DNA of 14,169 bases, taken from a virus (taxonomy: Duplodnaviria > Heunggongvirae > Uroviricota > Caudoviricetes). The notes below the pieces were generated by a model. That model was not told where the DNA came from and did not search any database. It was given only the letters and a program-made list of their open reading frames with translations. Below are positions 7,569 to 14,169 of this stretch, one piece after another. Position numbers and translations under genes: made by a program. Positions within the stretch are counted from its first letter, which is position 1. Each line of letters starts with the position of its first letter. Location: the IMG/VR virus record IMGVR_UViG_2687453466_000005. The stretch is one strand, 5' to 3'.

Positions 7569-8936
7569 TTAAAGCGAGCGGATCCCGTAGGACTCAATGT
7601 GATCAGACAGCGTGTCTTCTTTCTCGTACAGCATGGCTCTGCCAACCGCCATAATCAGCGCAACTGCACCATCGATTTTGTTTTCCGCCTGCTCCTTGAC
7701 GGGCTTCACCACATCATCGTTACCCGGAATGGTTTTGCCGACCACGTTGCCGATACACCAGGTCATGATGGGATTGCCGTCATGATGAAAGCGCCCCGAT
7801 TCAATCGCCGCTTCCAGCTCTTTCATCGGATCGGACATGTTGGTGTAGTTCTGAATGATGGTGACGGGGTTCAGGTCTTCATCAGCAAGGTCATGTGACA
7901 GCCCGGTCGCCCCGAAGGGGTCGATGGGTGACTCACTGACCGGGCTGATTTTGTTCGCCGCTTTGGCCTCTTCGAGGATGTAGCGATAATCCACCTCCGC
8001 ACCATCGGTAACGGTCAGAACGCCCATTTCCACCCATTTCTGAAAGCGTTCGGCTGTCCGGCGATCTTCATTTTTCTCGACGCTGTACACCGTGTCATAC
8101 GGTACCCAGAAACGCGGGGCCACACTGTAGTAATGCGTTTTACCGTCAATCTCGCGGGTATAAAGTCGCGCCATGCTGTTCATATCCAGCTTACGCGCCA
8201 GGTCAAAGGCCAGAATGCACGGCTGCCCCTCGAACTGCTCAAGGGTCAGTGATTTATCCTCGCAGCTCTGCCAGCTCACCAGGTTGAAATACGCCGAACG
8301 CGCCGACGCCCAGATATTGAGGTGTTTTGTTTTAAAGACGTTTGCCAGACGGGCGTTATTTTTCGCACGCTGCTGCTGACTTAACAAAAATTCGCGATAA
8401 ACCGACACGCCAATATTTGGATTGGCTTTTTCCAGCACCTGCGGGTCGGTCCAGTCGTCACCTTCATCAACGGTATAGATGATCCCGAACAGTTCATCGT
8501 TTGGCACCGAGCCGTTGAGCATCTCGATGACTTCCCGCCGTTTGTCGTAGCACGGCCCCTCAATGTTGTACCCGGCGGTGGTAATGGCCCACATCAGTGG
8601 CTGGCGTCGCGCCCCCATCCCGGTAAGCATCGTGGTGTAAAGCGCATCTGTGGCGTGCTCGTGATATTCATCCACCACGGCACAGTGGGGTGATGAACCA
8701 TCACCCTGGCGACGCGCCTTACGCGTTAACCAGCCTTCTGCTTCCAGCCGTGCGATAGCCGTTCTGACGGTACTCATCCCCGCGCCAATCTGACGGGCAA
8801 TGGTTTCAATTGATGGCCAGCACACACCTTCGTCATTACTGAAATCAGCCAGGCGGGCCATAATTGCCACGCTGGATAACTTCATGCCTGATGCAGCGCA
8901 ACCATCCCATACATAGCCGGTTAATTTAGTGCTCAT
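7569..8936 (-). CDS. oweE: Chimeric ORF: replication-initiator-like winged-helix N-terminus (OweE) fused in frame to the C-terminal part of a terminase large subunit (AaaE)
   Basis: 455-aa ORF; the first ~80 aa ([34 protein letters not shown]...) look like a wHTH replication/regulatory domain; the remainder (...VVDEYHEH...WAITTAGYN...ILAFDLARK...[15 protein letters not shown]...) looks like terminase ATPase-C/nuclease regions; no intact terminase N-terminus. Confidence 0.7.
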
Positions 8937-8945
8937 GACCGACCT

Positions 8946-9284
8946 CTATTTCCCTGAATTTACGACGAAACTGTTCGAGCGGGCTGAAGCATTCATGCTC
9001 ATAACCTTCGCGGAGGTAGATAACCCGTTGTGTTTCCGGCTCCCAACGAATGACTCTGACGGGCACTCCGTAGTGATCTTTGAACCAGCGGTTAACTTGT
9101 CGCAAAGGACTGTCTCCTTCTGCCGGTTGAAATCACCCACAGCCCACTCTGCAAAGCTGTGGGTTACAATTTCCCTGTCACCTGGTACATTCACTGCATA
9201 GCAATATTCCACCTTCGCTTTTCCACCCGGTACAGGAAGCGCAATCAGTTGCGAGCGACGGTAGTGTGTTGTTAAACTGTTCAT
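8946..9284 (-). CDS. ymfM: YmfM, reported SOS-inducible cell-division inhibitor of e14
   Basis: 112-aa ATG-initiated ORF; start overlaps the ymfL stop (ATGA), indicating translational coupling. Confidence 0.7.
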
Positions 9285-9850
9285 GCGTTAGTTTCTCCAC
9301 AACCAGAAGCAATCGACGCCACGACGCCCGGAGCTGCACACTCGCGGGCGTCATTACTTTCTGAAATGCAAAAAATTTTGTAGACAAGTGCTGCATGCTC
9401 CTGCAGCTTCGAAATTGAGAGATACAGCTCGTCGTTAATTGCTGTCTTCTCATGCGGTTCCACTACACCGTCTTCGATTGCTGAACGAATCTGTTTTGAA
9501 TAACTGCCGATCTGTTCAATGACTTCCAGCAGACGCTGGTTAATATCGGCGTTGTCCACATCCTCGACGTCAGGAAGAGACACAAAGACGCCATTTGCAG
9601 ACTGCGCCACAGCATCAGCAATGAAGTGAGTGCCACCAGCACGCTGTAAAACCATTGCCCATCCCAGCGGGAAAATCTGATCGCCATCTGCACGAAGGCG
9701 GTTGAATAAAGCGTTTTCTGTTACATCGAGCCAGTCAGCCGCTTCAGCGTAACCACTCGGCAACGCCGCGATAGTTTTTCTGACAGCTTTCACGTACCAC
9801 TCAGGCTGTTTTTCTATTTTCCAGTGATGCTTACCCACGATTAGCCTCAT
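9281..9850 (-). CDS. ymfL: YmfL, phage CII-like regulatory protein
   Basis: 189-aa ATG-initiated ORF immediately downstream of croE in the early leftward operon. Confidence 0.7.
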
Positions 9851-9881
9851 CGTTCTGTGGTTAAAAATTGAAAGTGTTCTG

Positions 9882-10082
9882 CTAATCTTTCGGATAGATA
9901 TCCGGTCTTAAGTCAGATTTCGTAATTGCACCTGATGTGTATTGCTCAAGTTTTTTAGCCAGCACAAAACTGGCTTTTTTATAGCCATTGAAAACCAGCC
10001 GTAAGTAGCCAGGTGTTGAGCCAACTTTTCCGGCCAACTCGCCCTGCTGTTCTTTGGTTAAAGAGTCCCAATACGCTTTCAT
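9882..10082 (-). CDS. croE: Cro-like HTH repressor CroE
   Basis: 66-aa product MKAYWDSLTKEQQGELAGKVGSTPGYLRLVFNGYKKASFVLAKKL... from the internal ATG preceded by GGAGG about 10 nt upstream; divergent from cohE. Confidence 0.7.
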   Translation of the reverse strand: MKAYWDSLTKEQQGELAGKVGSTPGYLRLVFNGYKKASFVLAKKLEQYTSGAITKSDLRPDIYPKD

Positions 10083-10085
10083 ACA

Positions 10086-10157
10086 ATATGTACCTCCGGT
10101 GTACATATTACATGATTGAAATGAACCTTCAAGATACTTGTACCTTAACGGTACAAG
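10086..10157. promoter_or_regulatory. Divergent cohE/croE promoter-operator region with two GTAC-core palindromes
   Basis: ATATGTAC-N7-GTACATAT (about 10086-10108, overlapping the croE RBS) and CTTGTACC-TTAAC-GGTACAAG (about 10137-10157, 16 bp upstream of the cohE ATG); candidate -10 TTTAAT just upstream of the cohE start suggests a short or leaderless cohE mRNA. Confidence 0.45.
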
Positions 10158-10172
10158 GGTTTTAATTTCGTT

Positions 10173-10847
10173 ATGAAAACAATCCATGACATCCGGCGGT
10201 CTAACGCCAGAAAACTGAGAGATGGTGTTGGCGGGAATTCTTCCTTTGCCACTATGATTGATCGCGAGCCAACCCAGACCAGCAGGTTTATGGGAGATGG
10301 TGCTACTAAAAATATCGGTGACAGCATGGCACGACACATCGAAAAATGTTTCGACCTGCCTGTAGGATGGCTCGATCAAGAACACCAGACAACGAACATC
10401 ACAAAAAAACCTGATGTTTCAATCACTAATAAACAAATCACATTAGTCCCTGTCATATCATGGGTACAGGCCGGAGCATGGAAAGAAGTTGGATATTCTG
10501 AGGTTGATTTGAGCACAGCAGAAACGTATCCCTGCCCTGTACCCTGTGGGGAAATGACTTATATCTTGCGGGTAATAGGTGATTCAATGATTGATGAGTA
10601 CCGCCCGGGAGACATGATTTTTGTCGATCCTGAAGTACCTGCCTGCCACGGTGACGACGTTATTGCATTGATGCACGATACAGGTGAAACCACCTTCAAA
10701 AGGTTGATAGAAGATGGGACACAGCGTTATCTCAAAGCGTTAAACCCAAACTGGCCTGAGCCTTACATTAAGATCAACGGTAATTGCTCTATAATTGGTA
10801 CTGTGATTTTCTCAGGAAAACCAAGAAGATACAAAATCAAAGCCTAA
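10173..10847 (+). CDS. cohE: CI-like prophage repressor CohE (HTH N-terminus, LexA/S24 autopeptidase C-terminus)
   Basis: 224-aa ORF; contains a candidate Ala-Gly cleavage site (VQAGAW), the Ser nucleophile motif GDSM and the Lys motif FKRL typical of LexA/CI self-cleaving repressors. Confidence 0.85.
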   Translation: MKTIHDIRRSNARKLRDGVGGNSSFATMIDREPTQTSRFMGDGATKNIGDSMARHIEKCFDLPVGWLDQEHQTTNITKKPDVSITNKQITLVPVISWVQAGAWKEVGYSEVDLSTAETYPCPVPCGEMTYILRVIGDSMIDEYRPGDMIFVDPEVPACHGDDVIALMHDTGETTFKRLIEDGTQRYLKALNPNWPEPYIKINGNCSIIGTVIFSGKPRRYKIKA

Positions 10848-10861
10848 TCAATGTTTATGAA

Positions 10862-10882
10862 CCTGCTTCGGCAGGTTTTTTT
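10862..10882 (+). terminator. Rho-independent terminator after cohE
   Basis: CCTGC-TTCG-GCAGG hairpin followed by a run of seven T, 15 nt after the cohE stop. Confidence 0.7.
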
Positions 10883-10886
10883 ATAC

Positions 10887-10915
10887 TTGACAATGTACCT
10901 TTGAGATACATAATG
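10887..10915 (+). promoter_or_regulatory. Candidate sigma70 promoter for ymfJ, carrying two direct ATGTACC motifs
   Basis: TTGACA at 10887-10892, CATAAT/ATAATG about 16-17 bp downstream; the spacer and -10 contain ATGTACC twice, the same core as the cohE/croE palindromes. Confidence 0.45.
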
Positions 10916-11021
10916 TACCCAAGAGAAACAACAAACAGGCAGGACGCCCACGAAGTAGCCCGCCCGGTACGTACGAAGACCGGGATGATTCGTTAGCGGA
11001 TGATTTCAGTGGAGAGAATAG

Positions 11022-11330
11022 ATGAATGAGCAGAATTTGAAGCATGTGATCGCATTGTTGCTGGAAGACGCTAAACGTTTGCAGCAGATAGAGCCAAATG
11101 CAGGCACTGAGGCCCGCATTTTGTTAGCAAAACAGGCATTAAAGACTTGCGGGGCGCAAGCCCCTGGTCGAACCGAGTTCATGAATTTCATGGCTAACAC
11201 ACTCACCCCTCTGCCATGCAATGGAGAGAAGGTGAGCCGTGTTTATCACGACACAATGGTTAAGGCTTTAAGAATCGAGCTTGATGGGCTTAGGCGTAAG
11301 ATCGTAATGAACGAAATCGTTACCAACTAA
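11022..11330 (+). CDS. ymfJ: Uncharacterised protein YmfJ
   Basis: 102-aa ATG-initiated ORF with GGAGAG RBS; its 3' end overlaps the 3' end of convergent ymfI by about 63 nt. Confidence 0.7.
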   Translation: MNEQNLKHVIALLLEDAKRLQQIEPNAGTEARILLAKQALKTCGAQAPGRTEFMNFMANTLTPLPCNGEKVSRVYHDTMVKALRIELDGLRRKIVMNEIVTN

Positions 11331-11609
11331 GGAAGCAGACGGAAGTAAGCATGCGCTTTGTTCAAATTTACAGACAAATATATTTGCGTCAACACCGGCA
11401 CTGTTAGCAATTGAAAATGTTTGATCAAGGATTTGTTGGCAGTTCATTGTACTTTTGAGGATATATCCCTCTGGAATCAGTCTGCAGCAGCTATCGTCAG
11501 ACTCTTTAACTGTTTTCTGGTACAGAAAGTTAAGCATTAATTCTTCAAATTTTTTGGTCTGTTCGGCTGTGTCTTCAAATAGACGAACGTGAACATAAAA
11601 CTGGTTCAT
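11268..11609 (-). CDS. ymfI: Uncharacterised protein YmfI
   Basis: 113-aa product from the internal ATG (MNQFYVHVRLFED...) preceded by AAGGAAA about 7 nt upstream; the track ORF extends 15 codons further 5'. Confidence 0.65.
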   Translation of the reverse strand: MNQFYVHVRLFEDTAEQTKKFEELMLNFLYQKTVKESDDSCCRLIPEGYILKSTMNCQQILDQTFSIANSAGVDANIFVCKFEQSACLLPSASLVGNDFVHYDLTPKPIKLDS

Positions 11610-11865
11610 TAAGTTTCCTTGCTTGCTGGCTGTGTGAGAACTCCAGCATACCACCGAGCCTGAAGTGGTGAAAAGACAGGCACATAACAGCTAAGTATTT
11701 TCAACCAGAGAGAATCCTTAGCGTTGTGGTGAATGCGGCTCAGCGCACGCGGGTTAAGGTTGAGGCTGACAATCGACCTTCTGTGGATACCCACCCGCCT
11801 GGTGTGCAACCTTCGCCAGGCACCGGGGGCACCCGACACCACAACTTTATGCTGTGTGTAGTCTT

Positions 11866-12000
11866 GGCGGTACCAGTTTTTTCCTTAGTCCTTTCTGGTA
11901 CCGCCCTTTTTACAAAACAGAGAAGAGTATCCCCGGATGACGGGTTAATAACCCGACCCATCCTGATAGCTGTGGCCACAGGTGCTCTTCTCTGTTTTGT
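11866..12000. repeat. Cluster of perfect inverted repeats in the ymfI/xisE divergent intergenic region (structured RNA or protein-binding element of unknown function)
   Basis: GGCGGTACCAG-N18-CTGGTACCGCC (11866-11905) followed by CTTTTT; ACAAAACAGAGAAGAG-N57-CTCTTCTCTGTTTTGT (11912-12000) enclosing palindromes CGGGTTAaTAACCCG (11941-11955) and CTGTGGCCACAG (11970-11981). Confidence 0.6.
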
Positions 12001-12073
12001 GGAGAAACTAACCGACCGTGCAGGGTCGATATGCTGAGACTAAGCAGTTAGTGTAGTAATAAGGTGATCGCAT

Positions 12074-12319
12074 ATGCTTCAAATGTTAACTCTTGAAGAA
12101 TGGGCTGCTGAAAAATACAGAAGTAATCCTCCAAGTGTGTCCACATTGCGTCGTTATGCTAAGCAGAATTTATTTTGTCCACCGGCCATGAAACAAGGCC
12201 GGTTATGGCGAGTGCGTGAGGACGCCGAGTTAGTTGGGGAGTTGGTAACACCTGTAATCAAGAAAAATGACTCATTACTTTTGCAACGGATTTTGAGTAA
12301 TGGCAGCCAGACCGCGTAA
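12074..12319 (+). CDS. xisE: Excisionase XisE (small HTH DNA-binding protein)
   Basis: 81-aa ORF with AAGGTGA RBS; overlaps the intE start by 20 nt. Confidence 0.75.
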   Translation: MLQMLTLEEWAAEKYRSNPPSVSTLRRYAKQNLFCPPAMKQGRLWRVREDAELVGELVTPVIKKNDSLLLQRILSNGSQTA

Positions 12320-13241
12320 GAATAATGTTTCAGTCCCTAACTTATATCCGCTTTATAGTAGGAAGGTAAATAAAGTCTATTGGCGGTATAAGCATCCAGT
12401 GACAGGAAAATTCCATGCTTTGGGAACAAACGAAGCTGAAGCTATCGCTATTGCCACTGAGGCCAACACTCGCCTGGCTGAACAAAGAACCCGGCAGATT
12501 CTGGCTATCAGTGACAGGATCGCAACCAGCAAAGGAAAGGCTATCACAACGTCAACCTGGTTAGATCGCTATCAAGCGATCCAGGATGACAGGCTTAAAA
12601 GTGGTGATATAAGACTCAACACCTATAAACAAAAAGCTAAACCAGTATCCTTGCTCAGAGAACGAGCAGGAATGAAGTTGATCTCAGCCGTTGATGTCAG
12701 AGATATAGCACAATTGCTTGATGAGTATATCGCCGCTGGGCGGCCAAGAATGGCACAAGTAGTTCGCTCCGTCCTGATTGATGTTTTCAAAGAGGCGCAG
12801 CACTACGGAGAAGTACCTCCTGGCTATAACCCAGCATTAGCCACTAAACAACCAAGAAGAAAAATTACCCGACAACGGCTGAGCCTTGAAGAATGGAAAA
12901 AAATCTTCGATATCGCAGACGCTACTCATCGTTACATGGGAAATGCCATGCTGTTAGCGCTGGTTACTGGTCAGCGGTTAGGTGATATTTCGCGTATGAA
13001 ATTTAGCGATATTTGGGATGATCATCTTCATGTCATTCAGGAAAAGACCGGGAGCAAAATCGCAATTCCTCTTTCTCTTCGCCTCAATGCGATTAACTGG
13101 AGTTTACGCGATGTAGTAGCCCGCTGCCGTGACTATGCAGTCAGTGCATACTTAGTGCATTTTTTTCGTTCAACTTCACAAGCAGAGCGCGGAGCGCAGG
13201 TTAAAGCCAATACATTGACGATGAATTTTGATAAAAACTAA
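12300..13241 (+). CDS. intE: Lambda-family tyrosine integrase IntE, apparently C-terminally truncated (313 aa; ends before the box II HxxR / His / Tyr catalytic motifs)
   Basis: N-terminal and core-binding regions plus the box I Arg (LVTGQRLGD) and the Lys (QEKTGSKIAIP) are present, but the ORF stops 64 aa after that Lys; all three forward frames have stops within about 55 nt downstream. Confidence 0.75.
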   Translation: MAARPRKNNVSVPNLYPLYSRKVNKVYWRYKHPVTGKFHALGTNEAEAIAIATEANTRLAEQRTRQILAISDRIATSKGKAITTSTWLDRYQAIQDDRLKSGDIRLNTYKQKAKPVSLLRERAGMKLISAVDVRDIAQLLDEYIAAGRPRMAQVVRSVLIDVFKEAQHYGEVPPGYNPALATKQPRRKITRQRLSLEEWKKIFDIADATHRYMGNAMLLALVTGQRLGDISRMKFSDIWDDHLHVIQEKTGSKIAIPLSLRLNAINWSLRDVVARCRDYAVSAYLVHFFRSTSQAERGAQVKANTLTMNFDKN

Positions 13242-13275
13242 AAAGTCCACTTTAAGCGAGCGGCGGACAGCCATA

Positions 13276-14169
13276 TCAGTTACTGGTAAGACGTGAAATA
13301 TCACAGAGAAGATCACCTAAAATCGATGAAAAGGACTCCCCATCTAGATTCACATTGATATTTTTGCCATGGAAAAGATATTGAAGCATCACTGTACATA
13401 GAGCTTCAATCAACTCTTCATTTCCGACAGGGTAGCATGAAATATTCGAATATATACGCTCATATGCAGCTGGGTGTGTATTTTGTAAACAGAAGTAATT
13501 TTCAACTTCTAAGCTTTGTATACAAAGCACTGCCGTAGCAATGCCAAGTGCACGTTTCTTTAATTCAGGAGCGGATTCATACAGGTTGCCTAATATCCAT
13601 TTTGTAGCATGTGAATCTGCTTCACGCTCCTCTTGAGTGGAGAATGCTGTAGTGACCAATGGATGCTGTAAAACAACATGACTTATTTCATGATGAAGAA
13701 TCCAAGCAATAGCACAAAGAAATATCTCGCTAGCAACTTGTGAGTCTTCGCTTCCTTGTAAATATGCTTCTGGCTTGGGACATTTTTTAGGCCATGATTC
13801 GCAACCTGTTGTTTGCAAGTTTTTCCTTGCCCATTTAAGAAGTTCATCAGACTTTTTAAGCCTATTTTTTCCTGTTAAATCAAAGTGCTCATCATTATTT
13901 TTCTGAGATTTGGAGTACTCTTGCGTAAAAACCCAAAAGAAATTGGAAAATGCCCAAATATATTCAAGTGAAGCTACTGTTAGAACTATTTCATGTGAAT
14001 TATTACTCTCATTCTTCCTGACTCGGATATTAAAACCAGGTTCACTCACAACTGAAATTATAATTTTTTTGTCGTCAACTATCGTTTTAAGATCTTGCTC
14101 CTTCTCTGGTGCAATCTTAAATGGTGATGAATTAATTGCTGAGAAAAGATGACAAATTGGTGAGCGCAT
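13276..14169 (-). CDS. lit: Lit zinc metalloprotease (phage-exclusion / abortive-infection protease that cleaves EF-Tu when triggered by the T4 Gol peptide)
   Basis: 297-aa ORF starting with ATG exactly at the window end; contains the HExxH zinc-binding motif (ILHHEISHVV); translation recognised as Lit; markedly AT-rich compared with neighbouring intE. Confidence 0.9.
   Translation of the reverse strand: MRSPICHLFSAINSSPFKIAPEKEQDLKTIVDDKKIIISVVSEPGFNIRVRKNESNNSHEIVLTVASLEYIWAFSNFFWVFTQEYSKSQKNNDEHFDLTGKNRLKKSDELLKWARKNLQTTGCESWPKKCPKPEAYLQGSEDSQVASEIFLCAIAWILHHEISHVVLQHPLVTTAFSTQEEREADSHATKWILGNLYESAPELKKRALGIATAVLCIQSLEVENYFCLQNTHPAAYERIYSNISCYPVGNEELIEALCTVMLQYLFHGKNINVNLDGESFSSILGDLLCDISRLTSN

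Larger units (their letters stand above)
1690..14169. mobile_element. e14-type defective lambdoid prophage, partial (continues beyond the window end past lit)
   Basis: Boundary at the icd 3' fragment; contains integrase/excisionase, CI-like and Cro-like repressors, Pin invertase with invertible tail-fibre segment, and fragments of portal, terminase and baseplate genes but no capsid genes. Confidence 0.8.

Noticed and set aside
7109-7572. Plus-strand ORFs 7109-7360 and 7336-7572 antisense to beeE/ymfR
   Set aside because: Antisense to recognisable fragments; 7336-7572 is extremely Arg/Gln-rich and unlikely to be real.
7599-9201. Plus-strand ORFs 7599-7898, 8173-8379, 8929-9201 and minus-strand ORF 8381-8563 overlapping oweE/ymfM
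   Set aside because: GTG/TTG-initiated, nested in or antisense to the 455-aa ORF and ymfM; no RBS or recognisable motifs.
9178-9693. Minus-strand ORFs 9178-9453 and 9463-9693
   Set aside because: Alternative frames inside ymfM/ymfL.
10145-10339. 64-aa minus-strand ORF antisense to the cohE N-terminus
   Set aside because: Nested antisense; no support.
9882-10385. Long 167-aa version of the croE ORF extending through the operator region into cohE
   Set aside because: The upstream 101 codons run antisense through the cohE start and operators; the internal ATG with a GGAGG RBS gives a Cro-sized 66-aa protein.
10784-11221. ORFs 10784-10996 (+) and 11006-11221 (-)
   Set aside because: The first runs through the cohE terminator and the ymfJ promoter; the second is antisense to ymfJ; neither has an RBS.
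11840-11990. Possible LexA (SOS) box upstream of xisE
   Set aside because: CTGT and ACAG occur (e.g. CTGTGGCCACAG) but with a 4-bp rather than 8-bp spacer; no convincing CTGT-N8-ACAG match.
11860-12030. Possible retron msr/msd or CRISPR-like element suggested by the inverted repeats
   Set aside because: No reverse transcriptase gene adjacent (neighbours are xisE and intE) and no regularly spaced direct repeats; the repeats are inverted, not tandem.
11609-12037. ORFs 11609-11842 (-), 11726-12037 (+) and 11740-11979 (-) in the ymfI/xisE intergenic region
   Set aside because: They traverse the long perfect palindromes, which is far more typical of structured non-coding DNA than of coding sequence; the translations are Arg/Pro/Gly-rich. 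The region is reported as a structured element instead.
13910-14152. 80-aa plus-strand ORF antisense to lit
   Set aside because: Nested antisense within the well-supported lit gene.

Overview
The window holds a chromosomal flank (ycgX, iraM, about 700 bp of AT-rich intergenic DNA, and the displaced icd 3' fragment icdC) and then, from about 1690 to the window end, most of an e14-type defective lambdoid prophage. It runs in the opposite orientation to the usual E. coli K-12 map. Prophage gene order: mcrA (split by a frameshift here), pinE invertase with its invertible tail-fibre segment (stfE/tfaE, tfaP/stfP), morphogenesis and replication gene remnants (ymfQ, jayE, beeE, ymfR, oweE-aaaE chimera), ymfM, ymfL, croE, cohE repressor, the convergent pair ymfJ/ymfI, xisE, intE and lit. 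The most notable observations are two apparently inactivated genes (mcrA frameshift; intE lacking its catalytic C-terminus), a cluster of long perfect inverted repeats upstream of xisE, and the uncharacterised ymfJ/ymfI pair in the position where lambdoid phages carry exclusion genes. All identifications come from reading the supplied ORF translations and the nucleotide sequence and from recalled knowledge of e14; no searches or computations were run. Coordinates of features I placed by hand (sites, hairpins, repeats) may be off by 1-2 bp.
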